From Alphaproteobacteria bacterium (GTDB lineage Bacteria; Pseudomonadota; Alphaproteobacteria; UBA828; JAPUJA01): a stretch of DNA of 64,000 nt. A program made the position numbers and the translations under genes. This document shows, piece after piece, positions 38,017 through 48,521 of this stretch (its first letter is position 1; each line of letters starts with the position of its first letter). A model generated the notes under the pieces. The model saw nothing but the letters and a program-made list of their open reading frames with translations, was not told where the DNA came from and searched no databases. The DNA lies in the NCBI GenBank assembly GCA_965249645.1, contig CBDFML010000010.1:488232-552231 (forward strand), written 5' to 3'.

Positions 38017-40107
38017 TTGATGCTGACCAGCGGCCGCTTTACCCGACGCATCGAACGCGAGTTCTATCCCTGGATCCTTGTCGGCCTGGGCGTATTCGTG
38101 TGCTTCCTGCTTCGAGATGAAGTCAGTTGGCTACTCACCTTTCCGAACGGTATCCAACTTCCCATCTCCGACTGGATCAATGTCTTTATGGATTGGTTCG
38201 TCGCAACATTTCGCTGGTTGTTTCGCGCAATTTCATGGACCCTCGGTTGGCCGATGACCTGGCTTCAAGGCCTGTTCCACTGGTTGCCCTGGCCCGCCAC
38301 GATCACGATGCTGGTTGCGTTCGCCTACGCGGCCAAGGGCTGGAAGCTTGCGTTGTTTACGGCCTGCGCGCTGCTCTACATGGTCGTCATTGGATACTGG
38401 GAAGAAAGTATGAGGACGCTGGCATTGGTCGGCGTTTCAGTGCCTCTCTCGGGCCTGAGTGGAGGCGCAGTGGGGCTACTCGCGTTTCGATACCGCCTTG
38501 CCCGCAAAATCATCGAACCCCTTCTCGACCTTATGCAAGTCGTCCCAACCTTCGTCTATCTGATTCCCGCGTTGCTGCTATTTGGCTTTGGTCCCGTGGT
38601 CGGAATTATTGCCAGCGCTATTTACGCGGCTCCGCCAATGGCCCGCAACATGATATTGGGATTGAGCCGCGTGCCAAAGGACGCCGTAGAATCGGGTCAA
38701 ATGTCGGGCGCGACGAACCTGCAGTTGCTCTGGTGGATCCAGATCCCTTCGGCGATGCCAACTATCATAATTGGCATCAACCAGACCATCATGGCCGCGT
38801 TCGCCATGGTAATCATCGCGGCGGTCATCGGCGGTTCGGCGGATATCGGCTGGGAAGTCCTGAGCTCTATGCGCCGGGCGCGTTTCGCCGAGAGCTTGCT
38901 CTCGGGCGTCGTTATCACGTTGATGGCGATGATCATGGATCGAGCCAGCCGTGCTTTTGCCGAACAGCGGGGTAAATTGCGCCTCAAGACCGACTCGTTC
39001 TGGCAACGCCATCGAAATCTCTGTATTTCGATTGCTGTTGTCGGGGGCATGATCGTTCTCGGCAAGTTCATCGATCCGATGCGCGCCTGGCCCGAATCCC
39101 TGGTGTTCTTTCCGACCGAACAGATAAATAACGGGCTCCGATTTCTTATCGAAAATTACAGCTTCGTCTTCAACACCATCAAAAAGTGGTCTCTGTTCTA
39201 TTTCATGATGCCCATACGCTTGGGACTTGAAGGATCGGTTCGGCCACATTCTTGGGGATTTGAACTCACCCTGCCAATCAGTCTGGCTTACGCCGGCGTG
39301 ATAACGACGTTCACTCTTGTCGGGCTGAAATTCTACGGATGGCGGGTTTGCGTCAGCATCGCGGTCATTGGTGCGATGCTCTATTTCGGGATCACAGCCA
39401 CTCCTTGGCCGGCCTTTATCGCCGTCGTCACGCTCATCGCCTGGCAGACTGGTGGCTGGAAGCTCGGCGTCGGAAGCCTTCTGGGGTTGGCCTTCATGTT
39501 GCTCACGGGAGTGTGGGAACAGGCGATGCTTTCGGTCTATCTGTGCGGCGCGGCCGTGTTCCTTTCGTTCGTCGTGGGCTGCTCGCTTGGCGTCTGGGCT
39601 TCGCACAACGATAGCGTCTCGGCCTTCCTGCGGCCGATCAACGACACATTTCAGTCGATGCCACTTTTCGTCTTCCTGATTCCCGTCGTCATGTTCTTCA
39701 AGATCGGTGATTTCACCGCATTGCTGGCGATCGCCGCCTACGCCATTGTCCCGGGAATTCGCTATACAGAGCACGGCATCCGAAATGTCCAGCCCGATAT
39801 TGTTGAAGCGGCCCGGGCACTGGGATGCACCAAGCGCCAGATTTTCTGGCAAGTCGAGCTCCCGCTTGCCCTCCCGGAAATAATGCTGGGTCTGAACCAA
39901 ATCGTCATGTTCGCTCTCGCCATGCTCGTTATCACCTCTCTCGTGGGCACCAAAGGGTTGGGCATGTTGGTCTACGTGGCGCTCAGTTCGGCGGATGTTG
40001 GCAAGGGTTTCGTCGCGGGGCTATCCATGGCGTTGATCGCCATCATTATCGATCGCATCATTCAATCCTGGAGCAATAAGAAGAAAGTCGAACTCGGGCT
40101 GGCCTAG
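38017..40107 (+). CDS. ABC permease, ProW-type, tandem-fused (two BPD_transp_1 modules)
   Basis: 696 aa. Two repeats of the EAA-loop region (ESGQMSGATNLQLLWWIQIPSAMP and EAARALGCTKRQIFWQVELPLALP). Confidence 0.85.
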   Translation: MMLTSGRFTRRIEREFYPWILVGLGVFVCFLLRDEVSWLLTFPNGIQLPISDWINVFMDWFVATFRWLFRAISWTLGWPMTWLQGLFHWLPWPATITMLVAFAYAAKGWKLALFTACALLYMVVIGYWEESMRTLALVGVSVPLSGLSGGAVGLLAFRYRLARKIIEPLLDLMQVVPTFVYLIPALLLFGFGPVVGIIASAIYAAPPMARNMILGLSRVPKDAVESGQMSGATNLQLLWWIQIPSAMPTIIIGINQTIMAAFAMVIIAAVIGGSADIGWEVLSSMRRARFAESLLSGVVITLMAMIMDRASRAFAEQRGKLRLKTDSFWQRHRNLCISIAVVGGMIVLGKFIDPMRAWPESLVFFPTEQINNGLRFLIENYSFVFNTIKKWSLFYFMMPIRLGLEGSVRPHSWGFELTLPISLAYAGVITTFTLVGLKFYGWRVCVSIAVIGAMLYFGITATPWPAFIAVVTLIAWQTGGWKLGVGSLLGLAFMLLTGVWEQAMLSVYLCGAAVFLSFVVGCSLGVWASHNDSVSAFLRPINDTFQSMPLFVFLIPVVMFFKIGDFTALLAIAAYAIVPGIRYTEHGIRNVQPDIVEAARALGCTKRQIFWQVELPLALPEIMLGLNQIVMFALAMLVITSLVGTKGLGMLVYVALSSADVGKGFVAGLSMALIAIIIDRIIQSWSNKKKVELGLA

Positions 40108-40117
40108 CGTGCTGGCT

Positions 40118-40380
40118 ACGGCTTTAACGGCGGATCGTTCCATCGTCAAGGCTCACCGCGCGGCAGCCGGCGCAAAAGGGGGGAACTGGCGCAGGATATC
40201 GGCCGCTCACGCGGCGGCCGCACAAGCAAGGTTCACGCCGTAGTCGATGAACACGGTCGTCCCCGGCGCTTTGTCATCACCGGCGGTCAGGTTCATGACG
40301 GTCAAGTCCTGCCGGATCTTCTCGAAAGCGCCGCTTGCCGTCGTCGCCGACAAGGCTTACGGCTCACGCGCCATCCGCCA
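40118..40380 (+). pseudogene. Internal fragment of an IS5-family DDE transposase with frameshifts
   Basis: Pieced from three frames: ADRSIVKAHRAAAGAKGG / LAQDIGRSRGGRTSKVHAVVDEHGRPRRFVITGGQVHDGQVLPDLLES / AVVADKAYGSRAIRQ. There are no ends and no start. Confidence 0.7.
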
Positions 40381-40381
40381 G

Positions 40382-40402
40382 TGCACTTACAGTGCACTTA
40401 CG
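40382..40402 (+). repeat. Tandem 11-mers TGCACTTACA-GTGCACTTACG, right arm
   Basis: Identical to 21886..21906. Lies 45 bp from the tRNA 3' end. Confidence 0.55.
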
Positions 40403-40446
40403 AGCCGCTTGTAGGAATTGGGAATTTAGCTAAGTCATTGAAAGTA

Positions 40447-40491
40447 TGGTGCCGCCGGAGTGGATCGAACACTCGGCCTCGCCCTTACCAA
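40447..40491 (-). repeat. att repeat within the intact tRNA-Thr
   Basis: Identical to 21712..21756. Confidence 0.9.
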
Positions 40492-40521
40492 GGGCGCGCT
40501 CTACCACTGAGCTACGGCGGC
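40447..40521 (-). tRNA. tRNA-Thr (anticodon GGU)
   Basis: The hand-folded 75-nt cloverleaf is GCCGCCG-TA-GCTC-AGTGGTA-GAGC-G-CGCCC-TTGGTAA-GGGCG-AGGCC-GAGTG-TTCGATC-CACTC-CGGCGGC-A-CCA. Confidence 0.92.
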
Positions 40522-41098
40522 ACGGATACGGAGGGCGGAACTTGCCACACGCGAGTCTGCCGGGCAAGCATTCAGCCGAAAATTCCTTGACGAGCTGTGA
40601 GCGAATGCGCTTGCAATGGGCATTGATTCCTTTTTGGTGCGTGGGTCGGCATTGAAAAAATTCTCAAAACGCGAGTCGCGTAGCAAGCTGGATGCTGCTT
40701 CAAGCCGTGACGCGCATGCCCGCAAGCAGCGCCAAGCCGAATCGTTACGGGAAAACCTGCTCAAGCGAAAGCGCCAGCATCAGAACCGTTCGGATAGGCA
40801 ATCCGAAAAGACGCCAGACAGAGATTAATCCACTTTGCAATGGCAGTTGGGATGTCACTGTCTACCTCTATTACGTTGACGATTTGTCTCGCCAAAGCTT
40901 CCTTCCTGACCAATCCCTTTCCACGAATTACGTCATTCTAAACTCATTCATTTCCGACGACCTGTCGATTTCGGGTCCATAAGGCTCGCACGTCTCGTTG
41001 AGTTGAGGTAGAAGAGCCAGCCAACGACAGTGGATTCAAGGCTTCGAGCGTGACCGTCACTTGATGGCACGGCACGGGCCGTGTCGCGAGACGTCATC

Positions 41099-42382
41099 AT
41101 GGACAAGATTCGTATTATCGGCGGCCAGCCTCTCGAAGGGCAAATCGAAATCAGCGGTGCTAAGAATGCGGCACTGCCGCTCTTGGCGGCGAGCCTTCTT
41201 ACGTCCGAAATCCTTACCCTCTCCAATCTGCCCCATCTTGCCGATATCACTATGCTGGCGAATTTGCTGACCAAGCTTGGCGTGCGGATTTCCATGAACG
41301 GTGTGGCCCCGGTCGGTGGAAATTCTGGGCGCGTTCTGTCTCTCGATGCGAGCGAGATTGAGTCGACAATAGCTCCCTACGATCTTGTGCGAAAAATGCG
41401 AGCGTCGATCCTCGTGCTTGGCCCGTTGCTCGCCCGAGAGCATGAGGCGACCGTCTCGTTACCCGGAGGCTGTGCAATCGGAACCCGACCGGTCGACCTC
41501 CATCTTCGGGCTTTGGAGGAGCTGGGGGCTCAGATCGACATTCGCGACGGCTATATTCACGCTCGAGCTCCGGGAGGGTTGGTCGGTGCCAACGTTCGTT
41601 TTCCCACGGTAACTGTTGGGGGCACGGAAAATATACTGATGGCGGCATGCCTTGCGGCGGGCGAGACTATTTTGTCCAACGTTGCACAGGAACCTGAAGT
41701 TTCCGATCTGGCAAATTGCCTCGTGGCCATGGGAGCTGAAATTGAGGGCATCGGAAGCGATACGCTGTGCGTGCGGGGAGTTCCCACTTTATACGGGACA
41801 AATTATGAAGTTTTGCCCGACCGGATCGAGGCCGGTACCTACGCCATGGCTGCAGCGATCACGGGTGGTGATGTGGAGCTTGTAGGGGCGAGCCCCGGCC
41901 TTCTTGCGTCAGTCAATGATAAGCTCGGTGATGCGAATATAGACGTGACCACGACGCCAAACGGGCTTCGCGTGTCTCGACGCAATGCCCCAATCGGGGG
42001 TGTCGACGTAACGACCCAGCCTTATCCCGGCTTTCCCACTGACCTTCAGGCGCAGATGATGTCCCTGATGTGCGTCGCGTCCGGGGTATCCATGATTACA
42101 GAGACTATCTTCGAGAACCGCTTTATGCATGTCCCAGAGTTAGTGCGGATGGGAGCAAATATTTCTGTGCAAGGTGGATCGGCAATGGTGAGAGGGGTCG
42201 GACAACTACGGGGTGCGCCCGTAATGGCGACGGACCTGCGAGCGTCAGTGTCGCTCGTTCTAGCAGGATTAGCGGCAGAAGGTGAGACGATCATCAATCG
42301 CGTCTATCATCTCGACCGAGGGTATGAACGGCTCGAGGAGAAACTTTCCGCCTGTGGCGCGGAGATTGAACGAATTACATGA
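41099..42382 (+). CDS. murA: UDP-N-acetylglucosamine 1-carboxyvinyltransferase
   Basis: [42 protein letters not shown].. Confidence 0.95.
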   Translation: MDKIRIIGGQPLEGQIEISGAKNAALPLLAASLLTSEILTLSNLPHLADITMLANLLTKLGVRISMNGVAPVGGNSGRVLSLDASEIESTIAPYDLVRKMRASILVLGPLLAREHEATVSLPGGCAIGTRPVDLHLRALEELGAQIDIRDGYIHARAPGGLVGANVRFPTVTVGGTENILMAACLAAGETILSNVAQEPEVSDLANCLVAMGAEIEGIGSDTLCVRGVPTLYGTNYEVLPDRIEAGTYAMAAAITGGDVELVGASPGLLASVNDKLGDANIDVTTTPNGLRVSRRNAPIGGVDVTTQPYPGFPTDLQAQMMSLMCVASGVSMITETIFENRFMHVPELVRMGANISVQGGSAMVRGVGQLRGAPVMATDLRASVSLVLAGLAAEGETIINRVYHLDRGYERLEEKLSACGAEIERIT

Positions 42383-42443
42383 AGGATGCGCGCGAGACCG
42401 GCCAAACGAGCATTGACCGTGCCTCGTTCGACGATGAAGGCCG

Positions 42444-43112
42444 ATGACGACAAATGACGAGCTTATTATTGCGTTGCCCAAGGGACGGGTGCTGAAGGAT
42501 CTGCGTCCGCTCATGACGGCTGCGGGGTTAGAGCCGGAATCGGCGTTCGATGACCCAAATTCCCGCCGACTTAGCTTCGAGACGAGCCTACCAGGGGTTC
42601 GTATCATTCGCGTGCGAAGTTTCGATGTAGCGACGTTCGTCGCGTTCGGAGCGGCGCAGATCGGTGTCGCCGGGCGAGATATTCTCATGGAATTCGATTA
42701 TCCAGAGATTTATGCGCCGCTTGATCTAGGCATCAGCAAATGTCGCCTAATCGTTGCTGAACCAGAAGATCTTGCCCAGTCGGACGATCCCGAGCGCTGG
42801 AGCCACGTACGCGTAGCGACCAAATACCCGGAAATCACCCGCCGGCATTTTTCTGCGCGGGGTGTCCAAGCTGAGTGCATAAAGTTGAACGGCGCCATGG
42901 AACTTGCCCCTAGCCTCGGGCTCTGCCGTCGTATTGTCGATCTCGTCGATTCAGGGGAAACGCTGAAGGCCAACGGTCTCGTCGAGGTGGAGCATATTGC
43001 GGATATTAGTGCGCGCTTGATCGTCAATCGATCCGCGCTCAAGACGCGTCCTGACTTGATGTCGGCGTGGATCGAGCGCTTTCGGAAAGCTGTTTATGCC
43101 CAAACGACTTGA
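42444..43112 (+). CDS. hisG: ATP phosphoribosyltransferase, short form
   Basis: 222 aa. [11 protein letters not shown] and [14 protein letters not shown]. No C-terminal regulatory domain. Confidence 0.9.
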   Translation: MTTNDELIIALPKGRVLKDLRPLMTAAGLEPESAFDDPNSRRLSFETSLPGVRIIRVRSFDVATFVAFGAAQIGVAGRDILMEFDYPEIYAPLDLGISKCRLIVAEPEDLAQSDDPERWSHVRVATKYPEITRRHFSARGVQAECIKLNGAMELAPSLGLCRRIVDLVDSGETLKANGLVEVEHIADISARLIVNRSALKTRPDLMSAWIERFRKAVYAQTT

Positions 43113-44400
43113 CGTTACCGATCCGGGATTCGCGACGGCATTCGAGCAACTAGTCTGGGCAAAGCGCGAGCAAGTCGCAGATGTAGACGGTCAGGTCATG
43201 GCAATTCTCGACGACGTGCGTCTGCGAGGGGATGCGGCGGTCATTGAGTATACCCGGAGGTTCGATCGACTGGACCTTACGTCTACCGATTTTCGCGTCA
43301 CTGCCGAAGAGATAGGCGCTGCCGGTCCCAGGTGCACTTCGGAAGCACTCGACGCCCTGGCCCTGGCTGCGGAGCGGATCGAATCCTTTCATCGGCGCCA
43401 GATGCCCGAGGATGAATTCTACGAAGATCCACTGGGCGTCGGATTGGGTTGGCGTTGGACCGCTCTGAAGGCAGTGGGCCTATATGTGCCTGGTGGAATC
43501 GCGACCTATCCCAGCTCGGTTCTCATGAATGCGATTCCCGCAAAAGTCGCTGGTGTTGAGCGGTTTGCGATGGTGGTGCCGAGCCCAGACGGTGTGCTCA
43601 ATCCTCACGTCCTGGCTGCCGCGTCAATCGCCGGTGTTGACGAAATCTACCGCATCGGCGGGGCGCAAGCAGTTGGCGCTCTGGCCTACGGAACCGCTAC
43701 GGTCGAGCGAGTCGACAAGATCGTAGGGCCTGGAAACGCCTATGTGGCAGCGGCGAAAAAATTGGTGTTTGGTACCGTGGGAATCGACATGATCGCGGGC
43801 CCGTCGGAAGTTCTCGTAGTGGCCGATGGCGACAATGATCCGGACTGGATTGCTGCGGATCTTCTTGCCCAAGCGGAGCATGACGAAGCGGCTCAAGCCG
43901 TCTTAATCACCGACGCACCCGCGTTCGGCGATGCCGTAGCAGACGCTGTGGATCGCCAACTCGAGACCCTTGAGCGCAGAGAAATTGCGGCAGCCAGTTG
44001 GCGAGACCACGGCGCAATCATCCGGGTGCGTGATTTTGCTGAAGCGCCGGCTCTTGTGGATTGCCTGGCGCCCGAGCATCTCGAGGTGGCACTTGATAAT
44101 GCGGATGACTTCGCGCAGCACGTGCACAATGCCGGTGCAGTGTTTTTGGGTCGCTACACGCCGGAAGCCATCGGCGATTACGTCGGGGGAACCAATCATG
44201 TGCTGCCCACTGATCGTAGCGCGCGCTTCTCTTCCGGCCTCTCCGTGTTGGAATTTCTGAAACGGACGTCGCTGCTTCGTTGCAACGCGGAATCTCTCGC
44301 AGCAATCGGTCCCGCTGCGGTGACGTTGGGGCGAACGGAAGGACTTGGCGCGCATGCGCGTTCCGTGGCAATTCGGCTCAATATCGGGCGGGATGATTGA
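43096..44400 (+). CDS. hisD: Histidinol dehydrogenase
   Basis: 434 aa. [29 protein letters not shown] and NHVLPT. Confidence 0.95.
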   Translation: MPKRLDVTDPGFATAFEQLVWAKREQVADVDGQVMAILDDVRLRGDAAVIEYTRRFDRLDLTSTDFRVTAEEIGAAGPRCTSEALDALALAAERIESFHRRQMPEDEFYEDPLGVGLGWRWTALKAVGLYVPGGIATYPSSVLMNAIPAKVAGVERFAMVVPSPDGVLNPHVLAAASIAGVDEIYRIGGAQAVGALAYGTATVERVDKIVGPGNAYVAAAKKLVFGTVGIDMIAGPSEVLVVADGDNDPDWIAADLLAQAEHDEAAQAVLITDAPAFGDAVADAVDRQLETLERREIAAASWRDHGAIIRVRDFAEAPALVDCLAPEHLEVALDNADDFAQHVHNAGAVFLGRYTPEAIGDYVGGTNHVLPTDRSARFSSGLSVLEFLKRTSLLRCNAESLAAIGPAAVTLGRTEGLGAHARSVAIRLNIGRDD

Positions 44401-44405
44401 CTTCA

Positions 44406-44894
44406 ATGCCGGACGATCCGCCCGTTGATCCTGAGCGGATCATCAATGTGACCTTGGACGAACGCAGTGTCGTTCGCCGCAGTCCCGAGATCGAGCATGA
44501 ACGACAGGTCGCGATCTTTGATCTGCTTGAAGAAAATCAATTCTCTCTCGATGACGCATTTCGAGGTCCCTACGACCTGTTTCTGAGCATCGAGGAAAAC
44601 CGCCTGCTTATAGATGTACGCGACGAATTTACCAGTACGCTGACTGTAGTGCCACTCCCGTTGACGCCATTTCGTCGAATCATCAAAGACTACTTCAAGG
44701 TCTGTGAAAGCTATTTCGAAGCAATAAAGCGGGGTTCGAACGCTCAAATCGAAGCGCTCGACCAGGGAAGACGCGGCCTTCACATAGAAGGCTCGGAGCT
44801 TCTCAGGGACCGGCTAGAGGGCACGGTCGCACTTGATCTGGACACAGCGAGGCGTCTGTTCACCTTGATATGCGTTCTCCACATCCGGGCTTGA
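44406..44894 (+). CDS. UPF0262-family protein
   Basis: EHERQVAIFDLLEENQF.. pattern, in the usual alphaproteobacterial position after hisD. Start either TTG 44397 or ATG 44406. Confidence 0.75.
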   Translation: MPDDPPVDPERIINVTLDERSVVRRSPEIEHERQVAIFDLLEENQFSLDDAFRGPYDLFLSIEENRLLIDVRDEFTSTLTVVPLPLTPFRRIIKDYFKVCESYFEAIKRGSNAQIEALDQGRRGLHIEGSELLRDRLEGTVALDLDTARRLFTLICVLHIRA

Positions 44895-44901
44895 TCGCCC
44901 A

Positions 44902-45345
44902 ATGAGCGACTTGCCGTCGAGTGTCCTGTTCGCCTGCACTTGGAATGCCGTGCGTTCGCCGCTTGCGGAAGGCGTCGCCAAGCGCCTGCTGGGAAAGATG
45001 GCGTTCATCGATTCCGTGGGGGTTCACAAGAAGGAAATCGACCCATTCGTCGTGGTCGTGTTGGGCGAAGTCGGAATCGATGTCAGTGGCCACAAACCAA
45101 AATCCTTTGATGAGCTGGACGACTCGTCATTTGATTTGGTGATCTCATTGTCTCCGGAAGCGCAACATCAGGCAGTCGAGATGACGCGAACCATGGCCTG
45201 CGACGTGGAGTTTTGGCATACCTTCGATCCCAGCATTATCGAAGGTAACCGGGAAACTCGGCTGGATGCGTATCGTCAAGTCCGTGATACGCTGCTTAGG
45301 AAAATCGAGGAGCGCTTTGACGTGAGCGGCATGCCTGCGGTCTAA
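44902..45345 (+). CDS. Low-molecular-weight phosphotyrosine phosphatase / ArsC-like protein
   Basis: VLFACTWNAVRSPLAEG (CX5R-S P-loop). Confidence 0.8.
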   Translation: MSDLPSSVLFACTWNAVRSPLAEGVAKRLLGKMAFIDSVGVHKKEIDPFVVVVLGEVGIDVSGHKPKSFDELDDSSFDLVISLSPEAQHQAVEMTRTMACDVEFWHTFDPSIIEGNRETRLDAYRQVRDTLLRKIEERFDVSGMPAV

Positions 45346-45377
45346 GTGTTGCCGACGAGCGAGAGAAGTGATCGGAC

Positions 45378-45992
45378 TTGAGCAGATCACCACATAAGAC
45401 CGAATTGGTGCTGGCGTCGGCGTCGCAGCGACGGGTTACCCTGCTGGCGCAAGTCGGCATCGTCCCGGATGCCATCGATCCGGCGCATATCGTTGAAACT
45501 CCGGAGCGCGGCGAACTACCGCGGGACTTTGTTCGCCGCATCGCCCGGGAAAAGACGCAGGCCGTAGCTGTGCGTCACGAAAATGCATTCGTTCTCGGTG
45601 CTGACACTGCGGTGGCTCTGGGCCGTCGGCTTCTCCTGAAACCCGATACTCCAGATAAAGCCCGAGCTGATCTTGAAGCCCTTTCGGGCCGGCGACATCG
45701 TGTCCTGACCGCAATTCATCTCATATGTATGGGGAATGTCGCGCGGTCTCGCGTCGTCGAAACCACAGTCTCTTTCAAAAGATTGTCGACCGAAGAGATC
45801 TCGACCTATGTCGAGACAGGCGAGTGGCGGGGTAAGGCAGGCGGATATGCAATTCAGGGGTTTGCCGGAGGCTTCGTGACTAAGTTGAATGGTTCCTATA
45901 GCAATGTCGTAGGGCTGCCGCTTTACGAGGCCGTTTGTATGTTGATCGGCGCCGGTTGGTCAGGGGATTGCCCTCTGAAGTTTCAACACTAG
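45378..45992 (+). CDS. maf: Maf-family nucleoside triphosphate pyrophosphatase
   Basis: LVLASASQRR.., GADT, GKAGGYAIQG. Confidence 0.88.
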   Translation: MSRSPHKTELVLASASQRRVTLLAQVGIVPDAIDPAHIVETPERGELPRDFVRRIAREKTQAVAVRHENAFVLGADTAVALGRRLLLKPDTPDKARADLEALSGRRHRVLTAIHLICMGNVARSRVVETTVSFKRLSTEEISTYVETGEWRGKAGGYAIQGFAGGFVTKLNGSYSNVVGLPLYEAVCMLIGAGWSGDCPLKFQH

Positions 45993-46111
45993 GGCTGGAG
46001 CATTTTTCGCCCGTTGTCTCACTACGCGCCCCCGGTTATGTAGACGCTGGCTGCTATCTCGGCGTTTGGCTCTTCGCTGAATGGCGCGCCGCGAATTACA
46101 GGATAATCTCG

Positions 46112-47059
46112 ATGATTGCGCTTCAGCTAGTTGGCGGCTTTCTCCTGCTCTTGGTCGGTGCCGAGGCGCTCGTGCATGGTTCCGTAGCACTGGCGCGCCG
46201 TTTGAAGGTTACGCCCTTCCTGATCGGCCTCACGGTCGTCGCCTATGGCACTTCGGCACCCGAGTTGCTCGTGAGTTTGCAGGCTGCGTTGCTTGATGCG
46301 CCCGACATGGCGATTGGCAACGCCATAGGGAGCAATATCGCAAATATCCTGTTGGTGTTGGGCACAGCGGCGGTGATCTGGCAGGTCGACAGTGATCGCC
46401 GGCTGCTTCGGCGCGACCTGCCCGCCCTTGTTTTGACCGGTATCCTGTTTGTTGTGCTGGTGCACGAGCGTCAGTTGGTACTTTGGCACGGAGTTTTGAT
46501 GTTGGCCCTCGTCGGAACTCTGACGGTCTATGCCTATTTTGCTGAACGTCGGCATCATTTCGCCACTGGCGAGATGTATGAGAATGAAAGCGAGGAAGTC
46601 GGGCGTATCCCCCGTTCGATCTTTATCGAGGCAATTCTCATCATCGGTGGTCTTGCGGCGGTAACCTTTGGGGCCGAATTTCTCATCGAGGGCTCTGTCG
46701 CCCTTGCCCGAATGGCGGGGATTTCCGGAGCGACCATCGGACTTACGCTGCTTGCGGTAGGCTCGTCTCTTCCCGAACTTGCCACCGCGGTGATTGCAGC
46801 CTACCGGCGTCACAGTGAAGTCGCCCTTGGCAATGTCATTGGCAGCAGTATTTTCAATATTCTGGGAATCATGGGCGTGGTGGCCGTGATCACACCCATG
46901 GCGGTGTCGCCCAAATTTCTTCAGTTCGACATTTGGGTCATGATGGGCGTCATGACCATTCCCTTCATTGTCACCGTTGCGCGTATACCAATGAGGTGGC
47001 CGGTGGGCCTGGTCTTTTTGGGTGCCTACACGGCTTATGTCTGCCTGCAGTTCTTATAA
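46112..47059 (+). CDS. CaCA-family Na+/Ca2+ antiporter (YrbG-like)
   Basis: Two alpha-repeat motifs, GTSAPELLVS and GSSLPELATA. The ATG at 46112 is within ORF 45935... Confidence 0.85.
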   Translation: MIALQLVGGFLLLLVGAEALVHGSVALARRLKVTPFLIGLTVVAYGTSAPELLVSLQAALLDAPDMAIGNAIGSNIANILLVLGTAAVIWQVDSDRRLLRRDLPALVLTGILFVVLVHERQLVLWHGVLMLALVGTLTVYAYFAERRHHFATGEMYENESEEVGRIPRSIFIEAILIIGGLAAVTFGAEFLIEGSVALARMAGISGATIGLTLLAVGSSLPELATAVIAAYRRHSEVALGNVIGSSIFNILGIMGVVAVITPMAVSPKFLQFDIWVMMGVMTIPFIVTVARIPMRWPVGLVFLGAYTAYVCLQFL

Positions 47060-47150
47060 CGAACCAGATGCTGCCTGTGGGCCCGATCATCGTTTGCTCA
47101 GGTCTCGACAGTGCCTCGAGAATCCCCTATCAATGTGCGCCCTATCCGGT

Positions 47151-47226
<76 letters not shown>

Positions 47227-47351
47227 TTTATTTGTTATATATCATCAGGTTACTGTGGTGCCGCCTCCCGGTGTCAATCCAACTGGCGCGCGGTGCCAAA
47301 CCATGTGGGGCGCTACACCAAACTTGTCCGTAGGACCGCAGCTTGCCAACC

Positions 47352-48128
47352 TCAGTCCATCACCTCGCCACGGTCGCAATGTACGGTCTGGCCAGTGATA
47401 TTGGCGGCCGCTTCCGATGCCAAAAACAGATATGTCGCCGCCATGTCGACGGGCTCCAGCATGCCGGGCAGCGCTTGGCGGCTGAGCGCCGTGTCAATAA
47501 GTTCATCCTCGCTGATGCCGAGGCGCTTGGCATCGGCTTCGACCTCGTCCATCGCGCCGGCGGTATTCACCCAGCCTGGGCAGACGCCGTTGACCGTGAT
47601 CGCTCTCGGCCCCAACTCCTGGGCCAGGGAGCGAAGCAAACCCAATACCGCGTGCTTCGAGGCACAATAGCCGCTGTAACCGGACACGGCCGTCTTGCTC
47701 CACACCGATGCCGTGAACAAGATGCGGCCACCAGATTCCATACGTGATAAGGCCTCGCGAGTCACATAGAAACTCCCATTCACATTGACGTCTATGACCC
47801 GGCGAAATCGATCCTCGACTGCATCGCCAGCCTCGTCTATCGGCGTGAGGTATTGCAACCCTGCATTGTTCACCAGGACGTCCAGATGCTCGATCTGCTC
47901 AAAAGTGCGTGAGACGGCGGCGCGGTCGGCAATGTCGCAATGCATCGGTACGACGGAGCGGCCCGACAACGCCTCCAGCTCTTGCGCAGCATCTGCGATC
48001 GAAGCGTCTTCCGACAGAACCATTAGGTTGGCGCCTGCCCGCGCGAACTCCTGGGCAACGGCGAAGCCGATGCCTCGGTTTGCACCGGTCACAAGCACGG
48101 TTTTGCCCTCGAATGAAAAGGTTGTCAC
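47352..48128 (-). CDS. Short-chain dehydrogenase/reductase
   Basis: VLVTGANRGIGFA, NNAG and YCASKHAV. Confidence 0.88.
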   Translation of the reverse strand: MTTFSFEGKTVLVTGANRGIGFAVAQEFARAGANLMVLSEDASIADAAQELEALSGRSVVPMHCDIADRAAVSRTFEQIEHLDVLVNNAGLQYLTPIDEAGDAVEDRFRRVIDVNVNGSFYVTREALSRMESGGRILFTASVWSKTAVSGYSGYCASKHAVLGLLRSLAQELGPRAITVNGVCPGWVNTAGAMDEVEADAKRLGISEDELIDTALSRQALPGMLEPVDMAATYLFLASEAAANITGQTVHCDRGEVMD

Positions 48129-48236
48129 GATTGTTCCCTCCCACCCAGTTACTGTAGTCTGACACTATTATCTTTGCGGACGCGCCCAAGGTCGATTGTT
48201 ACGGGCCGCGTCCGACGATAATTTGAGGATATCGTC

Positions 48237-48518
48237 GTGATCGATGAAGCCGGTGTCACCGAGCTGAAAATCGCGTTAAGACAGAAACTCGACGCTCAGA
48301 TAAGCGAGCGGCGGAGCGCCGAAGGAGAAAGCGGATCTATTACCGATTCGCGCCGCCTGCTGGACGAGATCGTCGAAAAAATGACCGTCGAACTGCAAGA
48401 ACAGCAGGACGAGTGCCTGAATCGCAATGAGGACGAAGCGGCGAGGTTGTTTCAAGCGATGCGGGAGAGGTTGCTCCCACAGGTTGCATCAGAAATCGCC
48501 GAAAATCTGTCCGACTAA
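48237..48518 (+). CDS. Small acidic hypothetical protein (GTG start)
   Basis: 93-aa ORF with reasonable third-position GC. No family recognised. Confidence 0.35.
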   Translation: MIDEAGVTELKIALRQKLDAQISERRSAEGESGSITDSRRLLDEIVEKMTVELQEQQDECLNRNEDEAARLFQAMRERLLPQVASEIAENLSD

Positions 48519-48521
48519 CGG

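Larger units (their letters stand above)
21712..40491. mobile_element. Genomic island (about 18.8 kb) integrated into the 3' half of tRNA-Thr(GGU)
   Basis: Bounded by 45-bp exact direct repeats (21712..21756 and 40447..40491). A tyrosine-recombinase gene sits at the left end and an IS5-type fragment at the right end. Shared 21-bp arm repeats lie inside both ends. Confidence 0.85.

Noticed and set aside
37695-38120. 141-aa ORF called in the track upstream of the permease
   Set aside because: Only about 50 codons look protein-like (a single CBS-type motif). The rest overlaps the permease start region and is Arg-rich. Interpreted as a proV relic, not an intact gene.
40616-40828. 70-aa highly basic ORF between tRNA-Thr and murA (faint resemblance to small Lys/Arg-rich DUF proteins of alphaproteobacteria)
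   Set aside because: Low complexity, no clear RBS and no motif I can name, so it is not reported as a feature.
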